Shown here: positions 45,462 to 53,484 of the stretch, in pieces
Position numbering within the stretch: the first letter of the stretch is position 1
Layout of the letters: each line of letters starts with the position of its first letter
Assembly (NCBI GenBank): GCA_964418945.1
Contig: CAYQNR010000004.1
Span: 2,156 to 66,155, forward strand
Direction of reading: 5' to 3'
DNA length: 64,000 nt
Source of the DNA: an uncultured Desulfobacteraceae bacterium
GTDB lineage: Bacteria; Desulfobacterota; DSM-4660; Desulfatiglandales; HGW-15
Made by a program: the position numbers and the translations under genes
The notes under the pieces: model-generated
Databases searched by the model: none
What the model was told of the DNA's origin: nothing
The model's input: only the letters and a program-made list of their open reading frames with translations

Positions 45462-46805
45462 CTATTTATAAACGCCGTATTCCTTGGCTGCTTCCATCAC
45501 CGCCCGCAGGTTATCCGCGTTCCCCTTATTCATAGCGACTCCCCCGGTTAATATATAGCCACCGCCCGGGGCGCAGACCTCGATGAGTTGACGGCAGCAT
45601 TCTTTGACTTCCTGGGGGGTGCCGGTATACAGCACTGAGGAGGGTATATTGCCCGCAATGCAGGCAGTATCACCCAGGATCTTTTTGGCTCTAGCCATAT
45701 CCGTCTGGTCAAACCACCATACCGCCGAACCGCGCGGCAGGTCTTTGATAACCTCCAGTCGCCGGTTGTACTTCCCTTCGGCAAAGGGCATGGGAACCAG
45801 GCCCTCGTTAATCATGCCCATCATCACCTCTCTAAAGGTGGGCCAGTAAAAGGTCTCGTACTGCTTGTCGGACATGAAGGTGTCGTCACCCTTATGCAAG
45901 GGCATAGGTACCACCGGGCAATTCGTTGCATTGGCCGAGGCTACGGCTTCATTAATAAGCATAGGCAACATTCGTTCCATAGCTTCAATGATCTTCTCCG
46001 GCTGGCGGTACATATCCACCATTATCCCGTGCGTCCCCCTCAAAAGATCACCTAGCATGTCAAAGGGCGCGCCGCTAAAGCCTCCCCAGATGGAGGGGAG
46101 TCCCGCCTCCAGAGACGCTCGGCTGCATTCCATAACCACCTGCATCCACTTGTTCGCTTCCGTGCCGGCATCCATAAGAACCTTAAGAGCCTTCTGAATC
46201 TCCGGCCGACCGTACTGGAGAATATAAAAAACCGGTATCGCCAGCATGGGACTTAGTTGAGGAAGAGTCCCCAGCGGCTCCAGGGCCTTCGCGACCCGGG
46301 GGAGGTAGAACCGCCACCAGAAATCGGACGGATCTGTCATGAGGGCGTCATATTCATCTGCCTTCATATATTCGCCCTCAATGAACTGATATGTTTCATT
46401 ATCATCCGGCAGGCCATGGCCTGGCCAGACCTGCAGCCTGAAATCAATGGCTTCAAGCACCTTCCCCGGCATCACGAGCTCGGGGCCAAGATACGTATCC
46501 ATCTCAAAATCATGGAGGAACTTCATATACACCCGTTTCAGCTCGTCGTAATCATACATCGCCTCTTTCAGGTTACTTCCGGCATAGAAAGGCGCGAAAA
46601 ACCCTGCCGGCATCAGGACGGGAACACGGTCAGCCTCTTCCAGGTTAATGGCTTTAATGAATCTTGTGGCTCTTAGCTTATAGGCTTCTTCGGCTTCGGG
46701 GCTGGTGAATTTAACATCAGGCGAAAGCCACCGCTTAAACCTCTCTTCCCGTCTTTCCTGCGGGGTCAACTCCGACCAGTTTTTAACCGTATCCATATCT
46801 AACAC
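45462..46805 (-). CDS. URO-D family protein (methyltransferase-like), paralogue 2
   Basis: 447 aa, homologous to 29023-30255. GGAGG lies upstream of the ATG. Confidence 0.78.
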   Translation of the reverse strand: MLDMDTVKNWSELTPQERREERFKRWLSPDVKFTSPEAEEAYKLRATRFIKAINLEEADRVPVLMPAGFFAPFYAGSNLKEAMYDYDELKRVYMKFLHDFEMDTYLGPELVMPGKVLEAIDFRLQVWPGHGLPDDNETYQFIEGEYMKADEYDALMTDPSDFWWRFYLPRVAKALEPLGTLPQLSPMLAIPVFYILQYGRPEIQKALKVLMDAGTEANKWMQVVMECSRASLEAGLPSIWGGFSGAPFDMLGDLLRGTHGIMVDMYRQPEKIIEAMERMLPMLINEAVASANATNCPVVPMPLHKGDDTFMSDKQYETFYWPTFREVMMGMINEGLVPMPFAEGKYNRRLEVIKDLPRGSAVWWFDQTDMARAKKILGDTACIAGNIPSSVLYTGTPQEVKECCRQLIEVCAPGGGYILTGGVAMNKGNADNLRAVMEAAKEYGVYK

Positions 46806-46820
46806 CTCCGCTAGTTCTGG

Positions 46821-46895
46821 TTATTTGTACACGCCGTATCCCTCGGCACCTCCTATTTCAGCTTGCAGGTTGTCCGGATTACACCTGTCAACCCT
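46821..46895 (-). pseudogene. 3'-terminal remnant of a third URO-D-like gene
   Basis: The minus-strand translation ...VDRCNPDNLQAEIGGAEGYGVYK* matches the C-termini of both URO-D paralogues (...ENLKAMIDFTREYGRY / ...DNLRAVMEAAKEYGVYK). Confidence 0.55.
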
Positions 46896-46902
46896 AGAGC
46901 CT

Positions 46903-47051
46903 TTGATAAGAACTCACCTTTTTTGGGACTGAAGTGTATCGGATTTCCCCTTGTATGTCAAACCAAATCCGGCAGCAGGGTATTATGGCGGGAAACTTGC
47001 TTGCTAGACTGGTTAATTCCGGCCAAGTGGGCGAGCACATTTTAAGCAATT
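46903..47051 (-). promoter_or_regulatory. Promoter plus leader box (copy P4) with ~90-bp conserved upstream module
   Basis: Read on the minus strand: TTGACA (46961-46956), 17-nt spacer, TACACT, 8 nt, then AAAAAAGGTGAGTTCTTATCAA. The upstream part aligns with 58097-58185. Confidence 0.7.
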
Positions 47052-47145
47052 AAATGCTCCGGCCTGCAGTTGTTTTTTCGTGTCAAAATCCACCATCAAA
47101 CGTGCAAATAATTCATACTAGCACAGGATTTTGGTATAACCCTGG

Positions 47146-47299
47146 CCACCATATAGATGTCAGATGCAAGGCGCCAAGGAGCGACGACTGAGGCGTATAT
47201 CAAATACGCCGCAAGGAGGAGCGAACGCAGGCAACACAGCCCTTCGACTTTGCTCAGGGCCATGAGCGTGCCGAATGGCAGATGACATCTAGATGGTGG
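47146..47299. repeat. 154-bp inverted-repeat-bounded element with REP-like cargo
   Basis: CCACCATATAGATGTCA ... TGACATCTAGATGGTGG. The internal CTTCGACTTTGCTCAGGGCCATGAGCGTGCCGAATGG resembles 20610-20650 in MITE copy A. Confidence 0.55.
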
Positions 47300-47366
47300 A
47301 TCAGGCTGGTGTTTATATGATTGACAAAACCCTTAATATAATCTTTCATGCTGTGTGAAGAATTTC

Positions 47367-47690
47367 GGTTCATCCGGTTAATGAGTACGGAAATCACTTT
47401 ATATAAATACTTGGTTTGGCCCATGGGGTCTCTTTGCGACAGGCGAACTTGTTTATGTGCAAGGCCCGGGCAATAAGCCGGACGAGGCGGGCGGCGAGCT
47501 ATTGGAATAGTATATCATGACCGGAAGTCCGGCTATCATCTCACAAGTTACCCGCCCGCCTGGCAGGCACCTTATGCTATTATCTTGCTTCTAACCTTTT
47601 CGCCGCTGCAAAAAGAGCCCCATGGGCCGAACATCACCAATCTTGCTATAGTTTTATCATCATCAAGCGTGCTCATTTGCCGGATGATCC
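47367..47690. mobile_element. MITE-like element, copy D (carries nested element 47425-47621)
   Basis: Left TIR GGTTCATCCGGTTAATGAGTACG and degenerate right TIR CGTGCTCATTTGCCGGATGATCC. Confidence 0.65.
47425..47621. repeat. Nested ~197-bp hairpin element, copy 1
   Basis: GGGGTCTCTTTGCGACAGGCGAA ... TTCGCCGCTGCAAAAAGAGCCCC. Inner stem GAGGCGGGCGG / CCGCCCGCCTGG. Confidence 0.6.
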
Positions 47691-47787
47691 AGAATTTAGG
47701 CCCTCTGGACCTATGGAGGGGATGCTGGATTATATGTGTAACCAGCACTGGCGGTGGTGTTGCCGAGGGATTTGAGAGGCGATCCGC

Positions 47788-48954
47788 ATGAATAGAAAGG
47801 CTTTTGCAGTCCTGGTAGCAAGCATGTTTATATCCATGCTGGGTATGGGTATTGTTACGCCGTTTCTTCCCATCTATGCCAATACCCTGGGCGCTTCCTC
47901 CATGGAAGTAGGTTTGATACAGTCAGCCTTCAGCATGACCGGTATCGGCACCCTTCTTTTTGTGGGACGGCTTTCAGATCGTTTCGGACGGAAATCGTTC
48001 CTCAGCGGCGGACTCATCATTCTTGCTATCTCATCGATTGGACTTATGTTTGCCGAAAAATCCCTTCATCTCATCCTCTGGCGCTTCGTGCAGGGACTCG
48101 GTGCCTCGGCTCATTTGCCCATCGCCCAAGCGTACCTTGGGGACATCACTCCGGAGGGCGACGAAGGAAGGTGGATGGGCTATTTCAATGCCGTTCTCTT
48201 CGCGGGTGTGGGCACCGGCCCTTTGGTTGGAGGAGTCCTTACCGATGCCTTCAATATCCGCACCACCTTTTTGGTCATGGCGGTCTTGAATGTCCTGGCT
48301 TTGATTGCCACGCTCCTCTTCCTGAAAGAGATGCCGCGCAAGACCGCTGCCCGTGAGCACGCCTCTATCCTTGCTCCATTGAAAAGCCGCATCATGCGGG
48401 GTGCCCTCAGCTATCGCTTGACGATCGGCATCGGCACCTCAACTCTTATGGCCTTCGTACCGCTTTTTGCGGACCTGAGGATTGGCATGAGTGCCAGCCT
48501 GATCGGAATCCTGTTGGCGATGCGGACGCCCGTTTCCATAGTCCAGTCTTATACCGGCCGTTTGGCGGACAGGTGGAGCCGCCGGTCCATGGTGATTTGG
48601 GGTGGCCTGGCCTCGGTCGCTGCCACAGCGCTTTTGCCTTTGACCGGGGGATTCTGGTTACTCCTCATCGTCTATATCTCTGCAACGCTGGGGCATGCCT
48701 TCGCGATGCCCGCTACCAATGCTTATATAGTGCATGAAGGACGTACCTACGGAATGGGCGCCTGCATAACGATGTTTATGCTGGCCATGCATATAGGCAA
48801 CAGTATCGGGCCGGTGGTGCTGGGAGGAGTGGCTGACTGGCTTGACCTGGAGTTCACCTTCTACGGGGCTGCTATCTCCATGGCAATAGGGGTCTGGCTA
48901 TTTGCCTGGCTGATCCGCGATCCTTCCGGCAAACCGGAGCCTATAGCAGATTAA
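47788..48954 (+). CDS. MFS transporter
   Basis: 388 aa, 12-TM-like, with the MFS loop motif GRLSDRFGRK. Confidence 0.88.
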   Translation: MNRKAFAVLVASMFISMLGMGIVTPFLPIYANTLGASSMEVGLIQSAFSMTGIGTLLFVGRLSDRFGRKSFLSGGLIILAISSIGLMFAEKSLHLILWRFVQGLGASAHLPIAQAYLGDITPEGDEGRWMGYFNAVLFAGVGTGPLVGGVLTDAFNIRTTFLVMAVLNVLALIATLLFLKEMPRKTAAREHASILAPLKSRIMRGALSYRLTIGIGTSTLMAFVPLFADLRIGMSASLIGILLAMRTPVSIVQSYTGRLADRWSRRSMVIWGGLASVAATALLPLTGGFWLLLIVYISATLGHAFAMPATNAYIVHEGRTYGMGACITMFMLAMHIGNSIGPVVLGGVADWLDLEFTFYGAAISMAIGVWLFAWLIRDPSGKPEPIAD

Positions 48955-48956
48955 CT

Positions 48957-49222
48957 AATTCCTGAATTTTGCATAAACAATCTTGAATGGTTGTTAAAAA
49001 GGTTAGTAATGAGCAACTTGCAGCTTTTTTACCATACAACTATAAAATACCATTCGGGTGATTATGAACTATAAGAAAAATATTCAAGATTGTTTACCCT
49101 TCGGGAGTGCCGATTTTACCGGATCTACTGCGTTATCAAGCGCTTGCGGTAAAGTGCTACAGCTGCGCGCTTGATGCCTTGTATCTCCGGCAAACTCGAC
49201 TCTTGCAAAATTCAGGTAATTA
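48957..49222. repeat. Nested inverted-repeat element directly after the MFS stop
   Basis: Outer arms TAATTCCTGAATTTTGCA / TTGCAAAATTCAGGTAATTA. Inner arms AAACAATCTTGAAT / ATTCAAGATTGTTT. Confidence 0.55.
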
Positions 49223-49223
49223 C

Positions 49224-49280
49224 TTGCTCGGTACGTAATTTTGGCATATACTCATTTTCAGAAAACAGGTTCCCATCATG
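49224..49280 (+). promoter_or_regulatory. Promoter plus diverged leader box (copy P8)
   Basis: TTGCTC, 17-nt spacer, TATACT, 8 nt, then GAAAACAGGTTCCCATCATG. Confidence 0.45.
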
Positions 49281-49386
49281 CATATAGAAGCAGAAGCGTA
49301 GTATGCACAAATTACCACAGTTATTGTGTTGGCATATCCTGCTCCATCATATAGCATGACAGTTATCTCCCGCTTAAAACAATTAA

Positions 49387-49717
49387 GGTTCATCCGGTTA
49401 ATGAGTACGTTAGTTAATGATATCTAAATATTTTGTGCTATATGGGCCATGGGGTTCTCTTTTAACCGGCGAACTTGTTTATGTGCACTGATCCTGCACA
49501 AAACAAGACGAGGCGGGCGAGCATCCTTTTCCAGACTTAGCCGGACCGGGGGATTTTCTATTATCTCATAAGTATTCCGCCCGCCTGGGTGGCACCTTAC
49601 GTAGTTAGCATGCTGTTAATATTTTCGCCGCTTAAAAGAGAGCCCCATGGGCCATTAAGGTACTTATAATAAGGTTTAATCTTTTACTTCTTTACGTACT
49701 CATTACCCGAATGAACC
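49387..49717. mobile_element. MITE-like element, copy C (carries nested element 49451-49646)
   Basis: TIRs GGTTCATCCGGTTAATGAGTACG ... CGTACTCATTACCCGAATGAACC. Confidence 0.7.
49451..49646. repeat. Nested 196-bp hairpin element, copy 2
   Basis: GGGGTTCTCTTTTAACCGGCGAA ... TTCGCCGCTTAAAAGAGAGCCCC. It is flanked by the 9-bp direct repeat ATGGGCCAT (49442-49450 and 49647-49655). Confidence 0.65.
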
Positions 49718-49806
49718 ATAATCAATACTGCTGTTGCATGCAGAATTCAAATTTGATTTTATGCACAAAAGCAAAAAAGAAAGAAGTACTTCAGGAGAAA
49801 TAATAT

Positions 49807-52224
49807 ATGTATGAACTAACCCCGGTTACTGATCGTGTTAAAAGAATTCGTGAAAAATATCGGTCAACCAGGCCAAAGATGTGTATAGCCCGTTATAAGA
49901 TTGTAACGGATTTTTATAAAGAAAACCCGCAATTGCAGGGGATTTTAAAAAGAGCTAAGAATTTCAAGAATCTCTGTGAAAAACTACCTGTCTTGATCAA
50001 CGATGATGAAGTGATCGTGGGCTGGCAGGCCACTTCATACAGGGCCTGCGCACTTTACCCCGAAATATCTATCGGCTGGCTTCTGGATGAACTGAGGGAA
50101 GGATCAATCCCGCACAGGGAATGCGATCCATATATAGTTGATCCTGAAGATGCTGAGTATGTTTTAAGCACCGGGGACTTCTGGTTAAAGGAGTGTCTTA
50201 GCGCAAAGGTGGATGAATATATTCCTCTGGGATATCATAAACACGTAGGAAACGGGGTTGTGACTTTTGGAATAAAGGATACCAGCCAATCTCCTGTCGG
50301 TCATTTTGTCGCTAATTTTGACAAAGCTATCAATAAAGGTTTCGGTGCGATCAGGGCGGAAGCTCAGGCGAAAATGGACGAACTGGAAGGTGTCATGTTC
50401 GGAGATAGTGCTGCCAAATATAATTTTTATCGTGCCGTTACTATTGTATGCGATGGTTTGATTGGTTTCTCAAAGAGATACGCTGAAAGATGCAAACAAT
50501 TAGCTTCAGTTGAAACCAATTCGAATCGAAAAAAAGAACTGGAAGAAATGGCGGATGTTCTTAACTGGATAATGCAGAATCCCTGTCGTAACTTTCATGA
50601 AGCAATACAGTGTATGTATATGTATCAGCTCTGCATGTGCCTTGACGGCCAACAACATGGTATCAGCTACGGCCGCGTAGACCAGTATGTTGGTCAGTTT
50701 TATAAAGCTGATATTGCCGCCGGTACTATCAGCCATGACAGGGCACAGGAACTTCTGGACTTATTCTATTTGAAAGTAGCTGAAATGAACAAAATATGGC
50801 CTTACTTTGCCACACTTTCCGGACCCGGATATACAAGCGGTCAGCTTATGACCATAGGCGGTGTAGATAAAGACGGTAATGATGCAACAAATCCTGTATC
50901 ACCTATGATGCTTCAATCTGCCGGACGTCTGGCCCTGCATGATCCGCCCCAAGCGATGCGCGTCCATAAAGGCACTCCCCCTGGACTATGGGAAGCTGCT
51001 ATTGAAACAACACAGCTTGCTGGCGGAGTTCCGACATTTGAGAATGACGATGTTATTATTCCTGCGCTTATGGAAAGAGGCCTTCCGCTGGAAAGCGCGA
51101 GGAACTACTGTCTTATAGGATGTGTCGAACCTCAGGGATGCGGAGATGAATGGGCCTCCCCGGGCGGCAATGGTACGGAATCGTTCTGGAATATGCTCAA
51201 TGCATTCCTGCTGGCAATCAATAACGGCTACAACCCGATGCCCGGCAGGGACGGCAAGCTTGGAGGCCAGGTAGGACTGCCCACAGGCTATCTTTATGAA
51301 ATGGAAACCTTTGATGAAGTACTTGAAGCAGTAAAGAAACAAATGGAATATTTCGCCAAATGGCAGGTTACCCTTGTGAATTCATGGGAATACGTTGCCT
51401 CCGAACACATGCAGCTTCCTCTCGTATCTGCAACTATCGATGGATGCATGCAGTCAGGCAAAGATGTTATGAAGGGAGGAGCTAAATACAATGCAACCGG
51501 CAACGCGGCAATTGCCATTGGCAATATTACTGACAGCCTTGCTGTGGTGAAATATATGGTATATGATAAAAAACTGGTAAGCGCGAGAGAACTTTATGAT
51601 GCGATAATAAATAACTGGGAAGGCAAAGAAGACTTGCGGCAGCAGATAATCAATGAGGCCCCTCATTACGGTAACGACAATGAGCACACAGATCAATTTG
51701 CAAAATGGGCATCAGCTATATACGCAGATATCATTAACTCATCCACCGGGCCACGCGGGAGATGGTCTGCCGGATTATTTCCGGTCACAACTCATGTTCT
51801 TTTCGGGTGGCTTACAGCTGCATCGCCTGATGGAAGGAAGGCCGGCGAGCCGCTTGCCGACGGAATTTCGCCTGTGCAGCAGATGGACAAAAACGGCCCT
51901 ACTGCTGTTGCAAAATCCGTCTCAGCTATTGATCAGAAAAAATTCTCTAACGGCACGTTGCTTAATATGAGATTCCACCCAACCGCGTTAAGAAATGAAA
52001 CAGGGAAAGAAAAGCTCAAGGCTCTGATAAAGACTTATTTCAAACTTGGCGGTATGGAAATGCAGTTTAATATTGTAAGCGCAGATACTCTCAGAAAAGC
52101 GCAGCAGGAACCGGAAGAATACAGGGATCTGGTTGTCAGGATTGCAGGTTTCAGTGCTTACTTTGTGGAAATTTACAAAGCCAGCCAGGAAGATATCATA
52201 AAACGAACCGAACTGAACCTTTAA
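49807..52224 (+). CDS. Glycyl-radical enzyme, PFL2/diol-dehydratase-type (1,2-eliminase class), substrate unknown
   Basis: C-terminal glycyl motif VRIAGFSAYFVEI. Cys loop LIGCVEPQG with the Glu two residues after Cys. Confidence 0.9.
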   Translation: MYELTPVTDRVKRIREKYRSTRPKMCIARYKIVTDFYKENPQLQGILKRAKNFKNLCEKLPVLINDDEVIVGWQATSYRACALYPEISIGWLLDELREGSIPHRECDPYIVDPEDAEYVLSTGDFWLKECLSAKVDEYIPLGYHKHVGNGVVTFGIKDTSQSPVGHFVANFDKAINKGFGAIRAEAQAKMDELEGVMFGDSAAKYNFYRAVTIVCDGLIGFSKRYAERCKQLASVETNSNRKKELEEMADVLNWIMQNPCRNFHEAIQCMYMYQLCMCLDGQQHGISYGRVDQYVGQFYKADIAAGTISHDRAQELLDLFYLKVAEMNKIWPYFATLSGPGYTSGQLMTIGGVDKDGNDATNPVSPMMLQSAGRLALHDPPQAMRVHKGTPPGLWEAAIETTQLAGGVPTFENDDVIIPALMERGLPLESARNYCLIGCVEPQGCGDEWASPGGNGTESFWNMLNAFLLAINNGYNPMPGRDGKLGGQVGLPTGYLYEMETFDEVLEAVKKQMEYFAKWQVTLVNSWEYVASEHMQLPLVSATIDGCMQSGKDVMKGGAKYNATGNAAIAIGNITDSLAVVKYMVYDKKLVSARELYDAIINNWEGKEDLRQQIINEAPHYGNDNEHTDQFAKWASAIYADIINSSTGPRGRWSAGLFPVTTHVLFGWLTAASPDGRKAGEPLADGISPVQQMDKNGPTAVAKSVSAIDQKKFSNGTLLNMRFHPTALRNETGKEKLKALIKTYFKLGGMEMQFNIVSADTLRKAQQEPEEYRDLVVRIAGFSAYFVEIYKASQEDIIKRTELNL

Positions 52225-52260
52225 ACGAAGAATCTTACCCGCCTCCGCAGTATGCTACGG

Positions 52261-52368
52261 CCTCCAAACCGTGGAGGAATGCGGGTATCCTCCAAATCCT
52301 TGGCTAAGGAAGACTGAAGCTTCGGCGGGTTACGCTGCACCAAAGGTGCCACGGGTTCCTGTCCGTGG
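52261..52368. repeat. REP-like hairpin cluster between the GRE and its activase
   Basis: CCTCCA-aaccg-TGGAGG; GCACC-aaa-GGTGC; CCACGG-gttcctgt-CCGTGG. The segment CCTCCGCAGTATGCTACGG is related to 32491-32515. Confidence 0.6.
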
Positions 52369-52422
52369 GGCTCCACTTTTGCCCGGTATCTTAACTGATG
52401 TGGAAATTTAAGATGCAGATGT

Positions 52423-52448
52423 AAGGGCGGCGTTATCGTCGCCCTTTT
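52423..52448 (+). terminator. Terminator/attenuator-like hairpin between the GRE and its activase
   Basis: AAGGGCG-(10 nt)-CGCCCTT followed by TT. The T-tract is short. Confidence 0.4.
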
Positions 52449-52468
52449 GGTAAAAGGACTATAGTAAT

Positions 52469-53422
52469 TTGGAAAGACAATTAACCGGGAAAGTCTATGA
52501 CATTCAGGGATTTTCAGTACAGGACGGGCCCGGAATCCGCACAACGGTTTTTCTAAAGGGATGTCCTCTTCGCTGCCCGTGGTGCCATAGCCCTGAATCT
52601 CAGCAATTTCACGCACAGCTCAGCTGGATGGAAATGAAATGCGTGGGAATAGACGAATGTGGAAAATGTCTGGAGGCATGCTCCAAAGGCGCGATCTCTC
52701 CCGGAAAAGTCAAAAAACATCCGGTTACACAGGAGGATATCAGACATATCCATATAGACAGAACAATCTGTGATAACTGCGGCGATTGCGCTGATGTATG
52801 CTATCACAAAGCGTTATATATTTGTGGCACGGATTACACTGTAGAAGAACTGGTAGAGCGACTGAGCAAGGACATTCCCTTTTACGAAGAATCCGGCGGC
52901 GGAGTAACAGTTTCAGGCGGTGAACCTTTATCTCAACCGGAATTTACCCTGCAGTTGTTAAAAAGTCTTAAAGAACAAGGAATCCACACTGCACTTGATA
53001 CAACCGGTCATGCTCAATATAGATTTATTGAACAGATTCTGCTGTATACGGATTTATTTCTGTACGATCTAAAACATATGGACAGTGAACAACACAAAAT
53101 AGTCGGTGTAAACAATAAGCTGATACTGGAGAATGCCCAAAAAATTGCAACAGCCGGCGGTAATATACAGATCCGTATACCCGTAATCCCGAATTTCAAC
53201 GACTCGGAAGAAAACATAAGGGAAACGGGCGAATTCTGTAAATTACTTGGCGAAGCAGTAAGTTTAGTACAACTGCTGCCATACCATAATCTTGGCGTCA
53301 TGAAATACCAGAGAATTGATGACAGCAAAAAGGTTCTGGAGGCGCCGTTACCCTCTGATAAAAAGATCCAGGCACTTAAAAGGATTCTTGAAGATATGGG
53401 ACTCCCTGTCACCGTGCACTAG
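52469..53422 (+). CDS. Glycyl-radical enzyme activating enzyme (radical SAM)
   Basis: CPLRCPWC (CxxxCxxC) plus two ferredoxin-like Cys clusters. TTG start. Confidence 0.88.
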   Translation: MERQLTGKVYDIQGFSVQDGPGIRTTVFLKGCPLRCPWCHSPESQQFHAQLSWMEMKCVGIDECGKCLEACSKGAISPGKVKKHPVTQEDIRHIHIDRTICDNCGDCADVCYHKALYICGTDYTVEELVERLSKDIPFYEESGGGVTVSGGEPLSQPEFTLQLLKSLKEQGIHTALDTTGHAQYRFIEQILLYTDLFLYDLKHMDSEQHKIVGVNNKLILENAQKIATAGGNIQIRIPVIPNFNDSEENIRETGEFCKLLGEAVSLVQLLPYHNLGVMKYQRIDDSKKVLEAPLPSDKKIQALKRILEDMGLPVTVH

Positions 53423-53484
53423 GTTTTCTCTGCATTGATATTTTTACGCCTGTTAGGTTGGATTATTTCTCGGAGGTGTTGGCC

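Noticed and set aside
47351-47390. Leader box as a derivative of the MITE terminal repeat (GGTTCATCC versus GAGTTCTTATCAA / CAGGTTCCCATCA)
   Set aside because: The similarity is short (about 8-10 nt with gaps) and could be chance. I note it but am not confident enough to claim a relationship.
47585-47791. 68-aa ORF upstream of MFS2
   Set aside because: It runs through the right half of MITE copy D. It has no RBS.
20561-49717. CRISPR array interpretation of the recurring repeats
   Set aside because: The repeats are dispersed tens of kb apart, are bounded by inverted rather than direct repeats, and are not interleaved with regular spacers. There are no cas genes.
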